Shown: piece by piece, positions 29,101 to 37,900 of the stretch
Layout: every line of letters starts with the position of its first letter
Numbering within the stretch: position 1 is the stretch's first letter
DNA from: a virus
IMG/VR virus record: IMGVR_UViG_3300023116_000009
Coordinates: 122,088 to 186,087 of that record
Direction: 5' to 3' (one strand)
Length of the DNA stretch: 64,000 bases
Translations under genes and position numbers: made by a program
The notes under the pieces: generated by a model
What the model saw: the letters and a program-made list of their open reading frames with translations, nothing else
What the model was told of the DNA's origin: nothing
The model's database searches: none

Positions 29101-30708
29101 TGGAGTATCTTTGAATACTGCAAATACTTTACTAAATCCGTCTGATGACTCTACACGCTTAGTAACATATTGACGACCATTAAATCTATTGAGATCTCCA
29201 CCTGCACCAGAAGAGGGAAGATCTGAAAATTCTACCCATTGACCTTCTTCAAACGTATGATACTGCTGAGTTCTAAAGAATAACCAATCTGGATATGCAC
29301 TATCAAAATAGCAATTCTCAATCAAGTAATTAGGATGCTCAGTTACGTGCTCAGTAACTTCACCCTCTGGTCTTAATGATTTAATATTTGTTGCAACAAA
29401 TTGATACTGAGGAATGCTAGTATTAAAAGTAAATTCTGCTGTTCCATTTAAAGCAGCACCACTAGAGTGTGATGGTTCATTGGTTCCAGAAGTACCTGCA
29501 ACAGTAATGTCATATAACGTATTATCGATGAATACTTGATCACCTAAGTCATATGCAGTTTCTGGAGTCCATCTAATTGCACCTACTGCTGGTACAGGAG
29601 TATATTTAAAAGTATCACCTTGTTCTAATGCACCTCTTACAGTACCAACAGTGATGAATCCTTTGTCAACACTAGTTTGATCAGCAACATTTAAACTATC
29701 TGGTAATCCAAAACTTACCTCAGTAATGATTGCTCTACCGCCAGTTGCAACACCAACGATCTCATCACCAACTACAAAGACAGGATCACTAGTGCTTGCA
29801 CGGTCAAACTGAACCTGGAAAATACCTTCACCAAAAATTTGATAACCAATTGGGAATTCTCTACCAAATTGACCACCAAGAGTTTTATCATAATACATTC
29901 TTTGCTTATCGTCAAAGACGTAAGCATAATCCCAAGTACCAACAGGTTTTTCAAAACCATCAACTACTTCGATCTTGTCACGGAATGTGACACCGATCAT
30001 GTAGTTTTCATTCTGGTTTTTGAACATGTGCTTGTTCGGATTCTGCGGGCGAATAATGCAGAGACGAATGTTATCGCCCACAACCGAACATTTATCAGGA
30101 ATGGAGATTGGGTTATCTTCTAAGTAATCTCCACCTGCAACAATAAGGGTTTCCTTATCAGGAGTAGTACCAGCAATCTGTGCTGCCTTTTTAATCGTTC
30201 TTACTGGTTTCGTAGCAGAGCGACCATCAAAGTCATCGTTACCAATCTGCTCAGAAACATAAACACGACCACCAACGTCGTTAGTTGCAATGTTATAAAC
30301 AAAGTTTGTTGTTGCAACTTTGTTCGTATCATCATCAAAAGCAGGAGTTTCAGAAGTTGGGAAGAAGGTATCTCCAGTTTCTGGATCAACAAATGACTGA
30401 AGGTTAGGTGCTTTTAAATTAAGTTTTGGATTGACGATTGTGTCAATATCCAAGTTGTTAATTTTTGCAGTATCAGAAATGATAGAAGTGGTCGTTCTAA
30501 TCTGACCTTCAACATCAAGTTCATATTGTGGCGTTAAAGTATTAATACCAACACGAACCAGTTTGTCAACATCATCTGACAATTGAGAAAATAATGCCGA
30601 TTTTTCATCAGCACCACCACCCAATCTCAAATTCAAACTTGTATCGTTTTTGATCTTCAGAGAATTCGACTTAAGAATCTCCTTATCAGCATTAAATTCT
30701 AACGCCAT
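20182..30708 (-). CDS. Giant multidomain tail fibre / virion appendage protein (3508 aa)
   Basis: RVGINTLTPQYELDVEG fibre repeat; pectin-lyase-like beta-helix (VYVSEQIGNDDFDG...KPVRTIKKA, VVGDNIR, SPYIFNSSV); Asp-box propeller; three globin-like helical repeats; five His-containing repeats; C-terminal KSFLIDHP...HGSLEGPEHGVYVRG domain. Confidence 0.88.
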   Translation of the reverse strand: MALEFNADKEILKSNSLKIKNDTSLNLRLGGGADEKSALFSQLSDDVDKLVRVGINTLTPQYELDVEGQIRTTTSIISDTAKINNLDIDTIVNPKLNLKAPNLQSFVDPETGDTFFPTSETPAFDDDTNKVATTNFVYNIATNDVGGRVYVSEQIGNDDFDGRSATKPVRTIKKAAQIAGTTPDKETLIVAGGDYLEDNPISIPDKCSVVGDNIRLCIIRPQNPNKHMFKNQNENYMIGVTFRDKIEVVDGFEKPVGTWDYAYVFDDKQRMYYDKTLGGQFGREFPIGYQIFGEGIFQVQFDRASTSDPVFVVGDEIVGVATGGRAIITEVSFGLPDSLNVADQTSVDKGFITVGTVRGALEQGDTFKYTPVPAVGAIRWTPETAYDLGDQVFIDNTLYDITVAGTSGTNEPSHSSGAALNGTAEFTFNTSIPQYQFVATNIKSLRPEGEVTEHVTEHPNYLIENCYFDSAYPDWLFFRTQQYHTFEEGQWVEFSDLPSSGAGGDLNRFNGRQYVTKRVESSDGFSKVFAVFKDTPSQLGSEAVPFSLTVYGAVVTSSDNYVKFSLLNSPFKFEESEKQGHRFLDGADLIRRNKEFIADEAVIRTKAKYSSLIIPNEDQCKTDIKHVLNAVQYDLSHGGNAATLEAANNYYQGNALIHINGQLEETRYAFEQARELAVLAIRNRIQYLNGSNLTAIANSIGATIYAVQWVNTQFIAVGSAGLIATSPDGITWTQQTSPITAGTQWNDIIWNGQTIVVVGGRGGADGAYIITSSNGVNWAIAQGGNLSSQSISTIAWDDDEQWVGFGGPQWFSSDNGQEWTARGSFVPVNGSGQHLVKDVIWDYKNSQFVAVGSGGSAYTSPDGVVWTERTTSATTFSSITANEDILIAASGDLIYTSTDGQTWKLGIAAEFVADRYGDAADLILANKQIIAEMSVNKMLDNNQGFSIPTGNQACKDDVMDFLEAMVLNLQYGGNDRVYDAANLYVTGAHVSGEEDESAEVFGYAESFAIAAMRNEAFAVSDVQNYASGLLQSFDNNVTIDSNSPYCANVATAIQNLFAILDQAIGTTATPGNLTGITRTAAGKNNNRVYHDGYQFWISTDDGILNSYDGRRWFEVANSAGINFTVLGSSYDAFVSFATASSKFYYSTNLVNAGTSTQTTFRDTTISNTYEANRDYVCANVTSAIYTYFGIIDTVISGGTAPDRTLPEKSFEDNGTKFVTFARNFLDLPIIEASPYIFNSSVISFLGGSGCEIDGAKVADPNVIRPGLPPQGKSMVAAAFTIISFGGTGYRVINDGYTQLVSVFCIFTYDGCVVESGGYASLTNSASNFGIYSLRATGFRVDPYNFDVGKVDDVTFDLIGTPTFDISQLNSEPREHYIIKVDGIKPVLRSGNNNPEYFIDSVIQATNTDALVQADAQMRLIGNENRYTDAAVLIENNKKYIAEEAFYTVLYSNVYSFQANYAKCIRDTELIVQAIADDIRDDGNAFTWDAGKSYIENSVIAHITGYAAGTKAVFDQATVLCKLAINNQLKEFGTTLTGAETTAGYYVAQYTTVKPYVDLAVIHDVSSPAGEVGTASDLYSTSDCANVQAAIDTLNTLIDEILDNPTVTTPLPSGAERDDGEFILDNSTRYKLINHPINLHRPSICNSSSHTWEFSGSGVDYNALPQNGGKRGSEDTADYEQVSQLNGRVYASGTDELGNFKVGYFANIENRTGNITFGGTVEIEEVAFLKIKGGDIEIVGFSGDEKLGDITLGSTELNSDRILATQASIREYITNNYGNYKNKPYGTTPSPGNLVQLDSTGRINIDQIPALRPFNVFTVADLAARLALEGALAGDIAIQLAPNNISYILNNDTYAQILEFTPDPTYTFSNGDVVSGTPSNGQGTVNYYIHGEVSPNVSVISGGSGYTTAPTVTIGIQYANSTGYSAGAQIAANGNLYTVTVAGTSSSSGGGPIHTSGTATDGTVTFEYAGTAATATAQIDNNRVSVITVTNRGSGYTTAPSIIFDNTGTGGAGANASLVIRSRLELILIGNIKFAVADDIQDFSGTPQTVAITNVVNTSGQLDSNWVQLTSTNIDAGSITTGVINPARLANITSNYPASSNTYLRGDSKFVPVVSSIRKNSAETPLVISSSNQRSTYIGSVEIIDGGENYGISTLGGGTGTLQSQQVVGGAGEGFLADFTVSDGAVKSIAVTNGGTGYRLVVDENVTPVVFAEEPPTVIFKDNNGAVLVNVVAKAVTTNGSVTEIRILDGGSGFTSAPNIEFTGVGNSAAATATIADGVISRVAVVEGGLNYNADFSISTLPASITNPNGDDDADLEAKVAETSKIFNDITIDIKRGDNLTIAGDDFSNLGVWRFYKEQWNFGPDGALTLKEGAGSGLDADQLDGEDKEFYTDASNIDAGTLGPDYLSGEYIIDITGQSGTALNLTISDVRQQTLAPSNAPLGTSAAWKKNADDGLLDGGTDHTKYTTRRGIGTGTTFDGYAITQFAFTDNNNQWIRGHGGNFVGSIAISKAGNGYTPGQYKSVELGGGEGHGLKADITVGSNGQITNVTIVDTGYGYNETGNAPGTFTCVLPQNIFGVDNGRQYDSGYIRWSSGANYNIGDKVFVAETIGFGRLYDVVTAGTAGTQEPTHTSGSAQATSGTAVFDYAGSLSAELTATLASVNANQWSSWYKLWSSGNDGVGSTLDAAFLRGKSDTFLRSGTNMNYGYLSNRRMPGNLSPKSITDSLRITRFDPQVQINTGVIYEFTVDNLLFTYDDFQMLDTGGSSANLNGDTFFTVNLYTDNNVNQGTVNVLKVTPEYEADYVWEFGYSNVTAVDFDPETLYSQGQLVYTIIAGTLGEDVYLYEVTTAGESGTVSLNHTSGTVTNGTADFRFVSRGIPPSREVQYNNNIYTTVDFIRTPTVYDNNLVLGVGTLVLANQNLYEVTTAGTTSASGNGPSHTTGAATDGSVGFTYVSPRPNIIPIHGPDEGTQNGVFWSRASQLSHTKVQAELISGVLNETVTKFGTAVEPATYFPIADFGITSVDDYSIDKHKLYADGSGNPVITLGNEAEATSGQIRFLTSGNAFTLPNGDPNLNGYDVRILASGGTSTVGTGTINFQANAAQVNGNNIWHAGNITFGVGIDTVNAAYDTAANSKGVIRDSNGDIGFRNAYGDLIGSASENLPLSGGTLTGQLKQQVTDSTAWSASISGQYAYEPYPQELAVYNTEAGNSSTFAGLWLQAGRAADGARISSARIAAVKAGDYQTDLVFGVRNSDFYERVRIRYNGNVGIGVTAANIGSKLTVNATGGGGYATAASAAGILFKNFDTDAGYPSLLTIDNAFDRDIGMGLARQGQVKWTIWNDANITPNDILRITNHAGDNVFSMYQRSDAADVTTSRVGMYTGLNVPTHTLTINGTFSAKSKSFLIDHPTKENYKLQHGSLEGPEHGVYVRGRVTDGVITLPDYWLQLVDEDTITVQLTAIGDSGNRWVIDVADNTITTGGGAAFYFVQAERKDVPKMEVEMEIKEVQE
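25880..28965 (-). repeat. Three protein-level helical repeats (phycobiliprotein/globin-like) in the 3508-aa protein; boundaries approximate
   Basis: Shared pattern R(F/Y)xD(G/A)AxLIxxNKxxIA, CxxD..GGN/DGN, LA(I/M)xN and CANVxxAI. Cys codons at 28849 and 27178 (repeat 1), 27847 and 27571 (repeat 2), 26320 and 25960 (repeat 3). Confidence 0.85.
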
Positions 30709-30731
30709 GTTCTTCTAAATTCCTTCTTTGT

Positions 30732-30738
30732 TATTTAG
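30732..30738 (-). promoter_or_regulatory. Late promoter CTAAATA (3508-aa fibre)
   Basis: Intergenic, followed by RBS AGAAGGA. Confidence 0.78.
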
Positions 30739-30746
30739 TACTATTA

Positions 30747-31121
30747 TTATGGGAGGGTTCTATAACCTTCGTATTTTGACAGATCCTCAGATTCTTCATC
30801 ATATCTGTCTCTATCCTCTTTATCATGAGCAGCTCTATAGTCATGCATATGCAAAAACTTTAATTTGCAATCAGGATAATTCGCTTCCATAAAATCAATA
30901 AATTCACTCATAACTGTAGTTGCAACATCATCTAAATATGCATTGAATTCTAAACGCCTCCTATCCTCGTCATAACGACGCTCAATAATATATACTTCCT
31001 CAGGCAAATCATAAAGGAGTGCTTGAGCGTCTTCTTTACTAATATTTCTTCTTACGTATTCAAATTCAATATCGTGCAAATCTGGCATTTGCACATTGCT
31101 TGTGCCTTGAGTTGGTTCCAT
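30747..31121 (-). CDS. Hypothetical acidic protein (124 aa)
   Basis: Fills an intergenic gap and is preceded by a late promoter motif. Confidence 0.75.
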   Translation of the reverse strand: MEPTQGTSNVQMPDLHDIEFEYVRRNISKEDAQALLYDLPEEVYIIERRYDEDRRRLEFNAYLDDVATTVMSEFIDFMEANYPDCKLKFLHMHDYRAAHDKEDRDRYDEESEDLSKYEGYRTLP

Positions 31122-31142
31122 AAAACTTTAAAAATATATGAT

Positions 31143-31149
31143 TATTTAT
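31143..31149 (-). promoter_or_regulatory. Late promoter ATAAATA
   Basis: Intergenic, 22 nt upstream of the 124-aa ORF. Confidence 0.7.
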
Positions 31150-31919
31150 CAATCTCTCTCAGTTACTACTGCGACTACATTTCCAACCCAACGTACACCA
31201 GTGCCTACACTCTCCAATGTTCCATTAGAAGATACAGTTGCTTGGAATGAAAATTCTTTTGTGGTTTGGTTCACACTTGGAACCAAAGTCCATGTATGTC
31301 CTGGTGGAACATTATCTCTTACGATTGTAGATGAAATTGCTGCAATGGATAAGGTTTGATCTGCAACATCATCAGTAAGAACAGCAGATTCAATTTTGAT
31401 TGCATATTCCCACTTATTGCCATAACTAGTAAATTCTACATCACCCAATGTTGGATTTGCCGCATCTACTGGAGTGCCAACATCAAAGGTAAAATTATCA
31501 GCATCAACTACAACAACTTGATAAGAACCATTAGCAGCAGATCCTGCAGTATCAAAACTTGCAGTAATTGAATCTCCTGTGGTCAATCCATGGTCAGCAA
31601 GAGACACTGTTACAATTGATTCATTTGCATTGATAACATAAAGACCAATTGGATATCCTTCCCAGGTTCCAATTGCAAATGTGGTAATAAACGCTACTTT
31701 ATTTCTATCAATTACGTGAGCAGGATTAAATGATGTAGATCCAACGGTGTCGTTCAAAGTTGCAAATGCAACATACTCCTTTTTAAATGCTGTAGTATTT
31801 AAAACGTTAGTAACCTTAACAGAGTTAGCATCGATGATGTCTCTGTTTGCATCAATGATGGTGGCTTCTTTTACTGAGAAACCACCCTCAGATTGTAATG
31901 ACTTTAGAACTCTTGCCAT
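31149..31919 (-). CDS. Probable virion structural protein
   Basis: Contains a VTVSLADHGLTTGDSI...NGSYQVVVVDADNFTF module, also seen in the 3083-aa protein and gp7. Directly follows the giant fibre gene. Confidence 0.75.
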   Translation of the reverse strand: MARVLKSLQSEGGFSVKEATIIDANRDIIDANSVKVTNVLNTTAFKKEYVAFATLNDTVGSTSFNPAHVIDRNKVAFITTFAIGTWEGYPIGLYVINANESIVTVSLADHGLTTGDSITASFDTAGSAANGSYQVVVVDADNFTFDVGTPVDAANPTLGDVEFTSYGNKWEYAIKIESAVLTDDVADQTLSIAAISSTIVRDNVPPGHTWTLVPSVNQTTKEFSFQATVSSNGTLESVGTGVRWVGNVVAVVTERD

Positions 31920-31921
31920 TT

Positions 31922-34900
31922 TTATCTCTTAACAGTGTGGGAAACGATCTTAATATTGTATGTAGTTCTGTTCTCAATAGCAGAGGCAAAACTTACAGTT
32001 TCATCTGCAGATGCAGAAATGTTACTGGTTGTAGAAGCACTGGTAACAAAGATATCATGTAAATCACCATTGCCATCTGCTCTAGTTCCAATAAAGATTA
32101 CATCCAAATCACCAGCATTGAGTAGATTGCCATCATAATTAACTGGTTGATCTAATGCTGCATAAGTTCTGGATCTGGAGGTATAACTTAAAGTATCACC
32201 ATCAGCAATGATAACACCTTGAATATTTTGCTCTCCATCATTAGTCGAGGAGTAATCCAACGCTACGTTGAACAAGAATTGCCCATCTGCAGGATTGCTT
32301 GCTACACTGAAGATTTCAGAATCAATACCAGTAGAAACTACTAATCCAACTTCTGACAGATCACTCAGATCATAATATCTTGCTTGAATTTGAGAAGTTG
32401 AAGTATCATAGTACATCTTCAATACTCTGGTCGTTCCAACTACTGCCCACTGAACACCATTACCAGAACCGATACCAACAGTGGTTACTGCAGTTAATGT
32501 TGAACCATTAACAGAATACTTTCTAACTACTCCTGAAGTAAAGTTTACATATAAGTAAGTGCCGTCAGTAAATGCATCTTGCAGTCCAGTACCACCAAGT
32601 AATAGAGATGGGGTTGACCAAGATACGCTATTAGTAGAACCGCCAGTGACAGTTCCGTTTACTTGATATACTCCAGAAGTAGTATGATAAACAATAATCA
32701 TTCTTCCATTAACACTCAAGATTCTGCATGTTCTTGCATCTCTACCACCATTTAAGCTATAAATCAGAATACTATCAGAGGTAAATGTGCCAAGCGATCC
32801 AAATGTGATATTACTATTATTAGGGTCTACGTCCCCAACAATATAATCTCCACTGTTTGACGCCCATACGATTCTATTTGTTGCAGAATCAAATGCCATA
32901 GAAGCATGATCAGAATTGCCAGTAGCAGTTAACGGAATTTGTGTGCCAAAAACAACACCATTATCACTTACTGTACCAACTCTAAATCCACCAGTAGCGA
33001 AATTGGCATTGTCATTGGCATAAATTACAACTCTATCTGCATCGGTATCAATAACTGATGCAATATTTTTAGTAAAGAATGTTGAAGACGTAATATCTGC
33101 AGATCTTTCTGCTGCAACAGGAATGTAAGTATCTGTTGCACTTCCAAGTTCGGTAACTCTTACTTGAACATTTGAACCTGACAGATCTGCTTCAATGTCA
33201 GCAAGAACTACATCAGTATACAATTTATTACTTTCAGTATAAATGATATCTTCACCATTACCTCTGATTAAGTAAGAAACTTCAGAGTATTGCTTTCTTG
33301 GATATGCATCTGGAATTGGGAACTGCTCTTCAACCTCAACCATAAATTTACCTGACCATGCTTCTGCCCATGGGAACATAGTTGCAGAAACAATGTTACC
33401 AGCAGCAGCATCTAAAGTAGATGTTTGAGTAAAGATCTTAGTGTTTGCAAGTTCCAGTTTTTGAAGACCTGCATCAAGAACAGTTAAGTAATTGTCTGCA
33501 GTAGAAGAGAATCCTCTATTGATTTGCAGAGCACCACCATTGGTTAACTTAAGAAGTTGATAAGAATCTGAAGATGCTGGTTCAAATCCAAATGTCAATG
33601 CGTCTCTATCAGTTTTAATGATTTCGTCAGTTGCACTAGAAGTAATCTCTAATTGATTAGTGCTAATAGTGAACTTGCCATTAACATTTAAGTTGACATT
33701 ATCAACATTGGCGTTCAAATTATCATATCTGTAAGACCAATATTCAAGATTATCAACAGTTCCTGATGTGTGGGTTGGAGCAACAGTTCCTGTAGTGTGA
33801 TCAGCAGTAATCCTATAAAGATTATCACCTGAGTAAATATATTGCTGAACAGTCAGAACATCATCAAGATCTGCTGTAAACTGAGTTACATCAGTTTCTG
33901 GAGTCCATTCAATACTGTTTCCTTCAGCGTTAGAATTAATAGTGTTGAGAGTATCAAGATTTAACTCAGTTTGACTTACTCTTAATGTTTGAGTTCCGTC
34001 ATTAAAGAACCAAACATTATTATCATCATTACCAGGAGATCTCTCACCGATTACAAAAGTATTTCCATCAACGTCTCTTACACCACCGAGAGAAACAAAG
34101 TAATTTCCATTGTATCCTTCAAATTGATTTCTGTCAGTATTATATCTTACAGAACCTTGAAGAGGACCACCAGGGCGATTTGCATCAGTACCGACAGGAA
34201 GTGCAAGTGCTCCAGTTCCACTAATTACAACTTGAGAATTTGCCTCAGCACTTAATGTTAAATCGCCAGCAGTTGTTGAAATTGTATTATTGTTGAGTAA
34301 CAGTGTAGTTGCAATTTCAACGCCATCAGGAGATGCAACGAGTTTCTTAGCAGTGACTACACCATCTACAGCATCAAACTGAATATTATTAAATTCAGCA
34401 AGAGAATTGACTGTCAGGGAGAATCCTGCAGGGAAGTATCCATTATGAGCAATAGTTGCAGTTCCATTTGTTACAGAACTTGCAATGGATGATACTGTAA
34501 AGTTAGCGCCAGAACCATTAGTCAATGATTGGACAACAATTGTAACCGTGGTTGGATCATCTACAGGATCTCCACCCTCTTCTGGATCGCCACCGCCACC
34601 GCCACCAAACAGAGAACCATCAAATTCAATCAGTTCACCAACTTGATAACCAATACCATTGGAAAGAATTACTGCAGATGAAATATTTCCAGTAGCATCT
34701 GATGTGAATCTAATTAAAATATTTGCACCTGTTCCACTAGTTCCAGTTTGATTCAAATCGTAAGTTTGTGTGTCACCATATGCACCATTATCACCACCGC
34801 TTGCAATAGCAATTGTTGCAGCACCCGTATTGATATAGTCATTATCCAGAGTAAATGCATCCCCGACTTGGAATAAATCACCAGAGAGATTGCCACTTGG

Positions 34901-37900
34901 ACTAATAGAAGTTACTGTACCCGCACCATTGGTGGTAATGTCTACAAGAAGACCAGTTCCTTCACCAGTGGTTGCTTCACATTGAACGCCTTCAATTGTT
35001 GCACCTGAAGGATAACCAGAACCACCACTAACAGTGTTGATACCAGAAACGCCATCTTGTCCAAATGATGGAACTACAGTTCCAGTGGTTCCAGCGCCAG
35101 TTACTTCATATGCGTACTCACCAGCATAAAATTCTTGTCCAACACTTACTGCTGCTTCTGTTGGGAATAGTGTAAACCCAAGTGCTGCAGCGTCATAGTA
35201 ACTTGATGGAAGATCAAGAACGTCATCTACAGAATAACCAGCACCGAGGTCAACAACATTTACATATGAGACCGAATTCAATCTCTTTACAGTATATTCT
35301 ACTGGAACTGCTGGAGCAGAAATTGTTGTTAACAGACCTGAAGTTGGATCAGTATACTGCATGTCTGTGTAGTTAACTGTGAGAACATCTCCAATTAAAT
35401 ACCCAGAACCTGGAGAAGTAATGTTAAATTCAGTAACAACTCCACCTTCAACCAAAATCCTTGCTTGTGCATTAGAACCTGTTCCTGTAGCACCGATATT
35501 ATTAACTCTAATAGCGAACCCAGATCCAGTAGACACAGTTTGTGCTGAGAATGCTGCACCTGAACCATATGTTACTGATGCAATATTAATCTGTCCAACC
35601 ATACTTGCATGGTTACCACAAATATAATAATAAGTTCCAGGAACTGTTAAAGAAGTATCAAAACTTACAGTGCCACTTTCTGCACCATTATTAGTTGCTG
35701 GGAGAACATATGCAGCGTTAAATCCATTAGTTTGTGCATCTAATTGAGATACCAAATAGAATGGGTGACCAGCAGCACTTACTGAGAATGAAATAGTATC
35801 TCCAAGGTTTACATTGATACTTGGATTGCTTGCACTGGTGTATGTGGTGTTTCTATCATCACCACTAATTACATAGTTAGTGCTACCATTGTTTGTAACT
35901 GTATATGTGAATGTCAGGTTTTCATACAGGTCTGAATCTGCAACAGTAAAGGTATCAGAGGTTGTATATCCACCACCACCTTGATTAACAGTTGCAGACG
36001 TTACAACTCCACCAGACACTACAACGTTAGCAGTAGCACCAGATCCAGAACCTAACGTGTTTACTAACGCAACATCACTATAAGTACCATCTGGATAACC
36101 AGTTCCTGCTAAAGAAACTCCAAGAGTTCCAGAAAGTTTACTTCCTCCAACATTAGCAGTATCAACACCAAGAAGATCCGATACTGCATATCCAGAACCT
36201 CTAGAGTTAATAACAACAGAAGTTACTTGACCATTTTCAATAGTAAAGTCGCCTGTTGCTGAACTTCCAGTTCCTGCAGTAAGAGCAACGTTGAAATAAG
36301 TTCCATCAACATACCCACTACCTGGGGTGAGTGTTCCAAATACAGTGATTGCACCAGATGCAACACTTACATACTGAACTGGAACGTTTAAATATTCCTC
36401 ATTATAATAACCAGATCCTGGTTGTGTAATATTACCAGTAAACGCAACTGTTACATTTGCAGTAAAGTCAGCGCCAGTACCACCTCTGAAAAGAACATTA
36501 TTAGTAGTGCCAATTGTATATCCTCTACCTGGAGTAATTGTATATTCATCAATTGCTTTATTGATTAAATCTACTGGTTTGAAGAAACTAATCTGCTGAG
36601 TAGTTTGCTTCATGATAGGACCATTATATCCTACCGTAGTAATTTCATTAAGATTGCTCTTATAGAAACCAAGTTTTTCGTCGCTATCAAAAGTAATTGA
36701 TGGAGCAATCTCTGTGCCATCATTAACTAAAATTCTACCATCAAATCTACTATCACCAGTTACAGTAAATTTCTCATCAAATGTAGATGAGATGTCATCA
36801 GGTCCTGGATCAGTTCCGATGCTTACAACCGATCCAGCATCAGTTGCTAAGAATACGTGATTATAAATTTTAGCGGTGCTATTAACTTCAAATGTATAAT
36901 CTTCAATGACTACTGGGTCTGTGGGTCCTAAGATACTAACTTTATTATTAGTAGCATCAATTTGGAGCAGATCGGTGTCAAATGCTACACTTGCACCAAT
37001 CTGTGATGGATTATTTGGATCTCCAACTACGGTCAATCTACCGTTTGTACCAAGGTCTCCTTGGACAGTAAGGTTGCCAGAAGTTCCAATGCCACCAGAA
37101 GCAGTTAATGTACCACTAACTGTAAGATTCTGAGCACTAACTGTTGATAAAGTTGTTGTTCCAAGTGCTGAGAAATTTTCATTGACAGTAACGTTGGTAT
37201 TGAATGTACCACCTTCTGCGGTAATATTACCTGTTTTTGTCAGCGAAAGGAAGTTTTCTAATAATGCTGTACCAATAGCAATGGATCCATTTTGACCATA
37301 CTCGGTATCTGCAGTAGTGTCAATGGAGTTGCCCATTCCAGAGTGAATGGTGCAATAGTAGTATAGAGTTCCTGGAGTATCACCAGTTACAATAATATAA
37401 GCACCGTTGTTACCATTTAATGGTCCAGATAACGTAGTATATGCTGTTCCACCATTATGAATACCATCATTAGTTTCTGAGATTGTAAATGGATGATCAG
37501 CGTATGTTGCCGTATATGTTGCGTCTGGAGTGACTGTAAATCTGTAAAGTGTATCCTTATTTAAAGTTAAAGCAGGCGCTTCTACATATCCACTACCAGT
37601 GTTAATCCAGTAGGCATTACCACCACCGCCAGATTTGGGGCGAATCTGAACATTGTATGTTACGGTTGTACCAATACCAACCAGGGTATCATTGGAAGCA
37701 AGTTCAAAGTAAGGTTGAACTAATTCACCTGATAAATATCCTTCACCTGCAAGTGCATCATCTGTTCCTTCATCAACAATATTGGCACTGCTCAGGAATT
37801 GAATATTGCTAAATTCAAATACAAATCCATTTCCACCACCAGGAACAGTTGCAGTAATTGCATCTCCAATAGTATATCCAGTTCCACTCCAAGTTCCAGA

